In this document: positions 13,919-24,475 of the stretch, in pieces | Numbering within the stretch: the stretch's first letter is position 1 | Layout: each line of letters begins with the position of its first letter | Source of the DNA: Lama guanicoe | Taxonomy: Eukaryota | DNA length: 64,000 nucleotides | NCBI GenBank assembly: GCA_013239625.1 | Contig: MU055785.1 | Span: forward strand, 2,108,001-2,172,000 | Direction: 5' to 3' | Notes under the pieces: generated by a model | Database searches by the model: none | What the model was told of the DNA's origin: nothing | What the model saw: only the letters and a program-made list of their open reading frames with translations | Program-made: the position numbers and the translations under genes

Positions 13919-14231
13919 GCTTAAACCAAAAGATGACTTGGGCGGTAGGATTTCAGGCAGATCACAGGCAGAGCTGGGTTTCAGCCGCCTGGGTTCCTGC
14001 CCCTCCCGGAGGTCGCCACTGAGGATGGAGAAGACTGACCGCCCTGTTTGGACATTTTCTGCCCAGTGCTCTGGAGAGCAGGGTCTGGGATGAAGGGAGA
14101 TCAATCAAAGGGAGCCAGAGATGACCTTTGGAGACCACCGCACTGGCCTTCAGCAGAACCATGGAGGACCAGAGGGCCCAGCAGGCTCCTGCCCACACAC
14201 GGGTCCCGCGGACTGAACCAGCGCCTCTCAC

Positions 14232-14348
14232 CTGAAAAGCTCTCGGATCTCGCGGCTGTCAGCCTGGAAGGGGATGTTCCGCACCAGGATCTTGGAGGTT
14301 GTCTGCTTTCTGGGAACCTGTTTCTTCCGAGCGGATGTCGGGGCTGGC
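14232..14348 (-). CDS. RBM19: RBM19 exon 21 (PAPTSARKKQVPRKQTTSKILVRNIPFQADSREIRELF, start of RRM6)
   Basis: CCAG|G acceptor, CAG|GTGAGA donor, 117 nt, ends in phase 2. Confidence 0.96.
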
Positions 14349-15567
14349 CTGGAGGGGAGGGGAGGGAAAGGGCTCAGGTTATTTGGGGTGTCGGCAGCTG
14401 CTGCCCTACACTGACTCCACCGCCCCCCTCTCCCAGCCACCCACCCCTCTACTGCCCCAAACCAATGTCCTCTGTCCAGGTGAGGGGCTCAAGGAGTCTG
14501 TGGGACGAGGCTGAGATGAAAGGAGAGGAAGGCGGCCTCCCCCGGGCGCTGCACAGCCTCATTATCTCCTCCCCCGAACAGCTGTGGACGTCCAGTCGCC
14601 ACATCTCAGCCTGGGGTGTCTGCTGCTTCATCTGAGAGACTCAGGGACTAGAGAACTCAGATGAGGGTGGGGCCAGGGTCTCACCAAACCCCGTCTCCTC
14701 TGCCTCTTTCTTTCCAGGTGCCCAGGAAGACTCTGGCTGGTCCTAAGGTCTCACTGGAGACATTTCATCACTAACCCAAAGTGCATCACCCAGGGGCCTA
14801 GAGCAGTTTCTAACCACGGAGACGGGCGGTGGGTGGGGGAGGAAACTCTCTCCGCCTGAGCTGCAAGGCCATCCCGAACCTGTCCCCCTGCTCTTCCAGG
14901 CAAACCGTCTGCTCCATCAAAGCCCGCTAGGGTCACGAGCATGGCTGTGAGTTGACAATCTGGTAACAGCTGACACTGGGCACTGTTCAGATCACCCCCA
15001 GTGCATTCGTTCAATCCCATGTACAAGTGGGTGAAGACGTTAGGAGTTGGACTAAAACTCAAAAAACCCCCGCATGACTTTAAGAAACTGGTCACTGGGC
15101 ACAACGGTCTGTCTCCATCTCGAACACCTACTGAACCTCTTTTAAATTAAGTGGAGGCCGTCTCTGGGCACTGTTGTCCGCCTCCAAGAAACAAAGCCCA
15201 TACAGCGAGACGGCCGGGTTTCACTGCCTCTTCTGGTTCGTCCCAAGCTCCAGCAACTCGCAACTCTCCTTAGGTTTTTCTACACCACCGAGATAAGCGG
15301 ATTTTGCTTGTTTGTCCTGCCTGTGTTCCTTTTATTATAACGAATGTGTGTCAAACATTTACTCCAGGGACTGGTGCAGTCCCAGTTCATCAGGGAAATG
15401 GGTGTCAAAGCTGGCATGTGAGCTGTCACCTTAAATAAGAAGAGGCTCCAGTGGTGAGGCGGGGGTCGGGTGGGGGAGGACATCAAAGGGCCATGAGACA
15501 CCCTCCAGGGCATCAGAGCAGAAGGGACCCACTCAGATCAAGGGGAAGAGGGGCGGTGAAGACTCAC

Positions 15568-15623
15568 TTGGTGGCTCGTTCCGAGATCCTCACTTCCAGC
15601 TTATGGCCGTCCACGTCGTGACC
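15568..15623 (-). CDS. RBM19: RBM19 exon 20 (GHDVDGHKLEVRISERATK)
   Basis: CTTAG|GGT acceptor, CAA|GTGAGT donor, 56 nt. Confidence 0.95.
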
Positions 15624-17429
15624 CTAAGAGATAAAACAACATGGCCTGTCCCTCCATCCTCTTAGAAATACTCGGAGCGGGCTTCAGCTGAGCGAGGGGA
15701 AAGGAAATTTCAGCGGGGGGACTGAGCGTTCCCAGGCGGAGAAGCGCGCGGGAGTCAAGGACAGGGAAGAGCGTTTCCCGGAAAGGGCTCACGACAAGCC
15801 CGGGCAGCAGCTGGTGGTTAAGGAGACCCAGCCCTCCAACGTCCTCTCGAGCCATGAGTGGGCCTTGACCTTTCAGCCATTCAAGGGGCACAGAATTTTC
15901 CATTGTTTATAATCATTTTCAGGCCAAGTATGCCCCTTCGGTCTGGTTTGCAGAGACAGTTCAGTTTAGATTGTAAGCTCTTGAAGAAAAAATTCTAAAC
16001 CACAGTGGCGCTGCATCCAAAGCTAAGCTCCAACATGGTCCCTTAAGGCAAAATGGGCGTATTAGCAAAATTACCCTTGAAAATCCCTTAAATCTTCCAT
16101 AAAATACAGTGCGGCACACGTAGCTCTGTATGAACAATTCTTTGAGGCAACATGCACAAGGTAGCACGCAGCGAGGCACAGAACTCTACGTGTGCAAGGT
16201 GGAATCTGACCGAACCCTGAGTTACACGGAAGAGAAAGCTCACTGCAGGGGCAGAGCTGAAACCCAGTTAAATGGGTACCTGGTGTCTAATAACAAAATT
16301 GGATTTCTAGTGTCTCTTCAAAAAACAACAAATGAACAAATAAACGGAGACCTGGCATCGCTGGGGCGCACCTTCCTGTGAGGCAGTACGTGGCTGCGGC
16401 TGAGAAAGTGGCTGCTCTCTCAGGCAGAGCACGGTACCCAGGTTCCGTTCTGGGGGAGGATGGCCCCGTCCCTGGTTTACACAGCCTGCCCGGCCCCTGA
16501 GGGGATCTGAGTTTGCGAGCCCTGGTGGAGAGCAGAGGCCCCAAGAGGCTGTCACCTCCCCACCATCCCACCCAAACCCAATTCAGCCCTTCCTAGAGTT
16601 GCCTCAGGCCAAGGGGAGGGTCGTCAAAACTCTACAAAAACCATCACACTGGCTAAGTGTCCAGTTACAGGTCCTGTAACTCCCAAGGCCTCTCCTTTGA
16701 CCAGGAAGCTCTACCCAGACAGACTCAGTCGCCTGGAGGGTCCCCATGGACAAGCCAGGCTCCGCAGGGAGGAGGAGCTGGGAGGGCGTGCAGCCTGATA
16801 CATCCTGGCTTGTTAGCGTGGCCCTGTTTAACTCTTTCCACTGCCTGGCCTTGGGCCAGGCAGCCCGAGTCCCTCTCTGGATGGCGCACACAGACACGTG
16901 CCATTCTGAACATGGTTTAAACGGGTTCCTGGATCCCCTGATGCCCTTCCATGGGCTCTGGGTTTAGAAGCCAGTTCTAGAGCACCCTGCCTGCAGAACG
17001 AGGGACAGGCAAGTGACCACAGGGAGCAAGTAGGTCTCTTGAAAGAAAGAGGCCTGTGAGAAGGCACTGTTTCCTGTCCCCTGCCACCGAAGGGCCCAGG
17101 AATGCAGGCATCAGGGAAGGTGCTGAGGACACGGTCTGAAGCTGAGGCCGGGCTGACTTTGCGGCGGTGCGATCCCCAGGGCGTTCTGCTCCCTGCCACC
17201 TCCGCTCCCTCCTGCTACCCAGGGCCCCGATCTGCCCCTAAGCTTCAGGCCTAACAGGAGGGCACTGCTCCTGTCTGTCTGAGCAGCATGTGAGTCTGTG
17301 TCCAAACATATTAGCATTCTGCCCCCTTCTCCCCACCTTCACTGCCTCCACCCTGACCCCACACCACTGCCTTCTCCCGTCTCCATGACTCAGTGGTCTC
17401 CCCTCTGCCCTCCTACAAGCCACCCTCCA

Positions 17430-17910
17430 CGGAGCAGCTGGGGAGACGGTTCTGTAGCAGAAATCAGGTCTTTCCCCAAAGTGCTCCAAGCCCCCCGAGG
17501 CTGTCTCTATGCTGAATCCCACGGTCTTGCTTATGAGATCTGGCCCTAGACACCGCCCACCTGACACCTGGACCCTCCACACTGGCCTCTTTCGGCTTCT
17601 CAAACCGAGTAAGTGCATTCCTGCCTCAGACCCTTTGCACGTGCTGCTCCTAGACTTGCAGCTCCCCCAGATCTTTGTGTAGCTGACTCCTCCCTGTCAA
17701 CCAGGAGCCAGCTCAACCATCACATCCTCAGACAGGCCCCCTGACCACGCGATCTACAGGATTCCTCCCCCATCACAGCGCCTGCTTTATCTCCATCTGA
17801 GCGCTTCTCATGACCTGGTCTTGTGTATTTATTCGGAGGTCTGCTTTGCCAGTCTCCCCAAAGCCTGGCACAAACCAGGCCCTCAACAAAGAGCTGCCAA
17901 CTGAATGAAC
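17430..17910 (+). mobile_element. L2 3' fragment; similar L2 pieces at about 28.0-28.4k, 45.6-45.9k and 49.7-50.2k
   Basis: CCTGCCTCAGACCCTTTGCACGTGCTGCTCC...GCCTGGCACA...TGAATGAA terminus. Confidence 0.7.
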
Positions 17911-18109
17911 CCATGGTACTGACGATGGGGTGCAGAGGAAGGTTCTCAATTTGCCTTGGGCCACAGTCCCCTGGAGTACTAGAGAAAGGGACGGGCCTGG
18001 GAAAACGCAGACTTACCTCCATTCCTGCTCGACTTTAGAGGGTGGACAGCAGCCCACACCACCACCTGCCTAGTGCCTCCGTGGACCTCGGCTGGGAACC
18101 CCCACTCAC

Positions 18110-18189
18110 CTGCAGCTGCCTGAGGGCTTTCTGGGCCTGCTCCGGCTTCCTGTATTCCACGAATCCAAACCCCATGGACAGCAGCGCTC
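18110..18189 (-). CDS. RBM19: RBM19 exon 19 (GALLSMGFGFVEYRKPEQAQKALRQLQ)
   Basis: TTTCAG|GA acceptor, CAG|GTGAGT donor, 80 nt; RNP1 MGFGFVEY. Confidence 0.96.
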
Positions 18190-20233
18190 CTGAAAGAGAG
18201 GGAGGTAGAGATGGCGCCAGGGTGCTGGGCGGGGAGGAAAACGGAAGAGGAGCCCCAGACCAAGTTCAAGGGCTGCAGGCTGGGCGTCCCCTCTGCAGTC
18301 TCATTTCTTCACGCCCTTCCTCACTCCTCAAAAGATCCTAGCTCCCCGCTTGCCATTTATTACTGGTCGTCCTGAAGAATCAGCCAACGACGGGGTGACA
18401 GAGCCGCCACCTGAGGCCCAGCTGACTATTAATTAACAGATGATTGACATGATAATTAACTTCATAATAGAATTCTGCCTTTGGGAGGGAGGAGGAACTC
18501 ACAGGGATGACCAGCCCCATGGTAAGTGGCCTAGACCTCTACCCGAGCAGTCCCCTGCTTCCACACATAATGCATTATATGAACATACCCATCAAAGTCA
18601 AGTGTGCCACAGGCTTACTCGTTACAGAGTATTGCTGACCATCCAGTTACATCTGATTCCTGGGATTCAGATGATCAAGGTGGGACAGGGAGAGTGACTG
18701 CATTATTAGACCCTCTCTGGCTCCCTTCTTCCAGGTAGTGAGTGGCAAGAGTTCAGACAGCCGGGAGTATCTCAAAAATGTATACGGAATTTCTGCTTCC
18801 TGACCGAGATCTGTATCTGCATGTATATATACATGTATAATTGGGGGACGGAGTTTTCACAGGGCACAAAAATAGAATCTCTAATTACATCTTGCCCTTT
18901 TGACAAAACATGTGACGCAGGCCTCTGCCCCAGGCATTTCATACTGATTTATTAATTTTATCCTCTTTTTTTGCAGTTGAACTTAAAGGAGTGGCTCAAG
19001 GCTGATGGGCTCAAATGGGGCTCAGGGTTCACTCGGCGGTCCTCGCCTCTGCGTCTGTACTGTTTGAGACAGTGCCCCTGCTTGCTTGAATTTCCATTCC
19101 CAAACGTGGATTGTAACACGAGGGCCCCAAGCAGGAAGAAATCCTGCACACTGCCCCCAAACCGGCTCTGTGGGGACAGAAGGGAGGCTCAGACAGAACT
19201 GCCGGCTGACAGGCAGCGCCACCCTGTGGTGACTTTAAGTGTTTGTTTTTCAGCAGCTATTTGAAAGCTCTGTTCTGAGGGTCAAGGTTGTGCACGGTGG
19301 GTAAGTGGTGTTTGTGCACAGAGGATATTTTAAAAGCACATTGAGTGTGCAAAAGGCAACTACAGAAAGTCAAGTTCATTGCCCGGTCACTGACGCTGTG
19401 CTGACCCATTCTGCCCTTCTGCCCAGGGGTGATTTCTATGACCCAGCAGGACCTGGGCTCCCTGGCTTTCCGGCTTCCTGGTGGGTTTAGCCAATGGGAA
19501 GCTGGGATTTGAGATGGACGGGTGGAGGAGAGAGAGTTGGGGCCCTGGTTTCTTCCATACACCCCACCCAACTCTGGTGTGGTTCTGGTGGCACCAGTGT
19601 CCAACCCACACCCTCGGCTCTGCTGGTGGCCCTCCTTCTACGGCTCTGGTCACACCACTCCTCCCCTATGGCCTCTGGGCTCAGCAGGGAGGGGCTCTCC
19701 TGCCTCGACATCCCCTGTGGGTCCCCACAGCCCAGCCCGCACCGTGGCACTTGGCCCCTCATTACAGACGTCTCTTCCACAACCCCAGCAAAGTGTGCCT
19801 TCTGGTTCCTGCTGAGACCCTCGCTGATAACAGACACTGTCTAGGTTCTCCCCCGTAACTGTGATGGATGAGCCCAGAGAGCAGGGCTCTCAAATACAGG
19901 TTCTTGAAAAAAGAGAGTGTAGGTTTCGAGAGCTGTTCATGACACCAACAGATCAGGTAACGGTTCTAAAGCACACTGAAGAGTGCTCCGAGGGCGGAGA
20001 GGCAGGCCCCACAGAGCAGCCCGTCGCAGAGGGGGTACGGCGACCCGACAACCCCCAGGGGCAGCCCTAGGTGGAGATCGCGGCACCTCTGCCAGCCTGG
20101 CTCACTCCCCAGGTGTCAAGGGTCACCTTCTCTCCTGAACCCCCCACAACCGAGCCTTGGTGTCACTCACTTGGTCCTCAGCTGCCTTTCCTTGTTTCTC
20201 AAACTATATCTGCAGCTCCTGGGGAACAGGGAC

Positions 20234-20658
20234 GTCATGGTTTGAACTGTGTCCCCCTCACATCTGTATGAAGTCCCAAGCCCCGGTATCTCAGAACGTG
20301 ACCTTATTTAGAGACAGGCTCTTCACAGAGATACCTAATGACCTCATTTAAACTTGGTTAAGCCCTAAGCCAGCAAGACTGATATCCGTTATAAGAAAGA
20401 AAAGGGGGGATGGTGCGGTGCAGGTGGAATCTGAACACTGGACAGGCGCATACAGGGAGAACGCCCGGGGCACATGAGGATGGTCATCTACAAGCTGAGG
20501 AGAGAGGCTGGAACAGATCCTTCCCTCACAGCACTGAGGATGAACCAACCCTGCCCACACCCTGACCTTGGACCTCTGGCTTCCAGAACCGTGGGATAAC
20601 ACATTTGTTGTGGAAGCCTAGTTTGTGGTGCTTATGGCAGCCCCAGCAAATGAATACA
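20234..20658 (+). mobile_element. MLT1B-like ERVL-MaLR solo LTR
   Basis: TGAACTGTGTCCCCC...GAACGTGACCTTATTTAGAGACAGG...CTTCCAGAACCGTG...GCAAATGAATACA. Confidence 0.85.
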
Positions 20659-21653
20659 GGGAACGCCCCGAATTCTATGCTACATGTCTGCTTTAAGACC
20701 CTCCGAGGCTCCTCTGGGAAAGAGCCCAGACTCCTGCGGCTGGCAGGAAGGCACTCTGTGTGCTGGAACGGGCCTATCTTCCTAGATGCATCTTCTGCCT
20801 CTTCAATCCACTCCCGACCTGCTACTACAGCCCTCTCAGCCTCCTTCATCCACACACCCTGCTCCCGCTGGCTGACTGCTCCATCTCCCTAACCCTGCAA
20901 CTCCCGACCTGACATGAAGACCCCCATGCTGGGCTCCTGTCCTGCACCAGGGACACCCCTTCCAGGCCCCTTGTTGCTCTGTGCTGTAGCCACCAGCTCA
21001 TTTGTCTCTTAGGATGCAGCCACGGGCTGACCCACGTGGCATCCTTCCAAATCCCGCCTCATGGAAGGGATGGGGACTGCGCAGCTGCGAACAAGCAGGG
21101 AGGGATGGCCTGCCCGTCACCCGCAGGAAGCCAGGGCTGGAGAAGAAACAGAGCAGAGGCCAAGGGATTTGTGACAACACCCGAGGCTGAATGGAGAGGC
21201 GACAGCGGCGTCTGCATGGCCCAGGCACCCAGGGAGGCGCAGAGCTGCTGACTCGGTGGGGTGTTCTGGGTTCTCTCTCTTAGAAGGGGAGTGAGAAAGC
21301 CCAAGATCCAGATATCCAGAGCACAGAGATGCTGGGAGGATGCAGAAGTTTCTGCTACTGAACAGCATCAACCCCGCCAGCCCACTACATCGCCTGCTCC
21401 GAAGCCACCTCGGATGCCCAGGGTGGCAACGGGTCTGGATTCGGAAGGACCAGATGTGCGTGGTCACTTCTCCTGGAAATCAGGAGCCTCCAGGGACACA
21501 GAAAGAAGGACCACTTTAGACGAGCCAAGTGTGAGGCTGTGGCTGACAATGCTTCAGGATAAAAGAGAAGCTTCGAAAGAAGCAAGCCCCCCCCCCCCGG
21601 GGCTGCACTGCTTCTTTCTGAGTCGGCCCTGCCTGAGGTCCCCTGTGGAATAC

Positions 21654-21714
21654 CTGCTTTGTTCTTCTTCTTGGAAATAGAGCAGCTCTTGACCAGGCCC
21701 ACTTTGGAAAACAC
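21654..21714 (-). CDS. RBM19: RBM19 exon 18 (VFSKVGLVKSCSISKKKNKA)
   Basis: TTCCAG|GTG acceptor, CAG|GTATTC donor, 61 nt. Confidence 0.94.
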
Positions 21715-24302
21715 CTGGAAGAGAATGTCCACACGTTGTCATCAGCATCTCGGGGCTAATCCTGCAACCGGCGCACGCAGGCACCGAGAGGGCACGGGTG
21801 AGAGTGGAGCCCACCCCCGGCTGTGCCTCCGTGGCCAGGCCCCGTCCCCAGCCCTCTGCCTGCACGAGCTCATGCAGCCCCTGCAGTGACTCCACGAAGT
21901 AGGTGTTGCTCCCCCCGATTTTCAGATGACAAAACTGAGGCTACGAGGGGTTAGAGATGGCGCCCGGGGTCACAGAGCTGGGAAGCCCTGGAGCTGACAT
22001 CTGGACCCCGGCTCCGGAGCCCAGGTTCTAAACCATGCAGGTGTGGGCCCTCGTCAGACACCAGGCTTCCCGAATTTGCCCCAGTGTCATCTCGGGGTCC
22101 CCAAAATATTTCAAGGCACTGGATCGTGGCCTACTTTAGGTAGCTTGGATGGTCCCTGAGGGTTCCCCGTAAGAGCAGCTGGGCTGGGACCTGGCTCCAG
22201 GTACTCAGGAAGGACCTGATACCAAAGAGCCCAGAGATTCACTGAGAGTCACGCAGTACATTTGGAGGCTTGGAGTCCACTGATCTGGGTCCTGACCCTT
22301 CTCATTGCCTCTGCACCTAATACCAACTAATTTTTCAAACTTAAAAAAAATTACATTCCACTCCATCTTCCCCTTTATTTTTTCTGTCTCTCTTGCCAGA
22401 ACTTGAGACCTGACCAGTGTAAACTCATGTCTTTCTGCCTGGTTCACTGCTTTGTCTTCCACACACCTGGGGCCCAGGAAGAGGCGGGCGCCAGTCACTG
22501 TTCATGGAGGGAGCAAAGGCTGGGGCCAGGGCCCACAGCCGACATTCACTGACTACCTTATTCCAAATGTCAGACACTTCACTTGGATTATCTCACGCGT
22601 TCTAATCAGAGCTTCTGAATAACTCCACAAGAAGGTTCTGTTAACACCCCCATTTTACAGATGGGGAAATTGAGGCACAGAAAGGATAAAGGACCCACCC
22701 TGGGTCGCATCGTTAGAGAGGAACAAGGCCGGGATTCAAATCCAGGCAGTCTGACCCCTGAGCACAGCTCTACACTCAGATGAGTCACTGAGATGGGAGC
22801 CCTGTGAGCTGGATGCTGCTCCCCACAGCGCCTCCAATGGGCTGTGTGACCCCAGGTCAGTGAACTGGCCTCTCTGAACCTCGGTCTCCACTTCCGTAAT
22901 GTGAAGAACATTCACTAGATCATTCTGACTGCACTTTGCAGCTCCAGAATTCTTGAATTCCGAGGATGCTCTTAGACTGAAGTTTGGGCACATCTTCCAG
23001 GAAAAGGGGATTCCTGTTGACGACATCCCCAGATGTAGGAGAGCTGGCACGCCAGAATTAAAAAACCGACAGCAAGCTGGCTTGGCCGCTTCAAAGCTCT
23101 CCAGCCTTTGGCCACTACTAGCGTGTGCCTGTTTGTAAAAGCAAATCCAAACCAGACTGAAATGGATCCAAGACGTGGCCAAGGGAAAGCCCAAGGGCGG
23201 GCTTCCCGCTGCTCAACAGGGTGGCCCTTTGCCCTTAAAATGCTGCTGTTTTCGCCAGGCACTTCTGCTGCCAAGGCGGCTCTGCTAACTGGCAAGTGAT
23301 GGTCACGTGGGAGGCTCAGCCAGAGGGTGGCAGAGTGGAGGCTGTGACTTCCTGCCTGTCCCCAACACCCCTGGCTTTCCCCTCCAGATGCAGGCTGGCC
23401 TCCTTTCCACCCACCCACCCTCTGCCTGCCTCCGGGACTCAGTGGACACTGCCTCCCCTTTTGAATCCATCTATAGGATTTCAGAACTCAAAAGAATTTA
23501 TAGAAACCAATCAGTTCAGTCCTTATGGCCCTCTCCCTTTCCAGAAGCAGTTCATGCTATCAGCCTGCTAATGCATTAAATTAAAAAACAAAAAGGCATC
23601 GAGCATTTATTCTGTGCCAAAACCAGCTTGCAGAAATGGAGAGTCTCCCCACGGGCAGTTCTCAGGCCAGTGGGGGGGCTCACAGACCCCAGTCCTTCAG
23701 AACTGGAGTCCCCATTTCCGGATCTCCAGTCCACTTCCTTCAAGAAGCCCACCCACTGCACCCCTAACCTGGCATTTCCCAAACACCTACTTGGAGTTCC
23801 TCATCCTTTTACCTTCCACCCTCTTCCTACGACTGCAAATCTCTCACCACCTTAGGGGACTCCAGGCCAGCTGCCCCACCTCCAGACTCTCACAGTGACA
23901 GTCTGCAAGTTCCCACCAGGCCAGGAGGGTGTGCTGGCATTTACTTTTGGATAGTTAACCTCATAGACACAATCTGGGGAGGGGCTCTGTTTTCTCAATA
24001 CACCCTGCTGACACTGACTACAGTTTTCACACTGCATCCGCCTCCCTAGGCACCCTGACAGGTCCCCTTGCTCGCATGTAGGCGCCCCTCCCGGCCCCCA
24101 GGCTGGTCTGGCTGCAGCTCAAAGCTCCACGTGAGATGTCTACTGGACGGCCTGCCAGGCAGCAGCGTCAAACGGGTGGCTGTTGGCTGTGCATCTAGGC
24201 AGTGTTTTGAGTCAGGCCTACCAGCAGGTAACTGCAATGATCCCATCGGAGACGGGGTTTCCCAGCCCCACCGGGTCCCTCCCGGCTCAAGCAGTCACTC
24301 AC

Positions 24303-24475
24303 CGCCTTCAGCGTCTCCTCGGTTGTGCTGAAGTTGAGATTTTTGATGAACAGGGTGCACCCGGGAAGGCTCTCCTCCTCCTCGTCTTCCTCCTCCTCCT
24401 CCTCTTCTTCCATCTTTGCTGAAACGTTGTCTGCTTCCCCCTCTTTTGGCTTTTCACCTTCCAGGGTCTTGCAGT
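24303..24475 (-). CDS. RBM19: RBM19 exon 17 (poly-Glu tract and start of RRM5, ...MEEEEEEEEDEEEESLPGCTLFIKNLNF...LKA)
   Basis: Donor GCG|GTGAGT is clear. Acceptor placed at GCCAG|AC, the nearest AG that keeps frame; the 5' boundary is uncertain (see findings). Confidence 0.85.

Noticed and set aside
1-14231. RBM19 truncation or pseudogenisation because the final exons are absent
   Set aside because: The 21 exons present are intact, and I recall intron 21 being tens of kb in human, so the remaining exons should simply lie outside the window.
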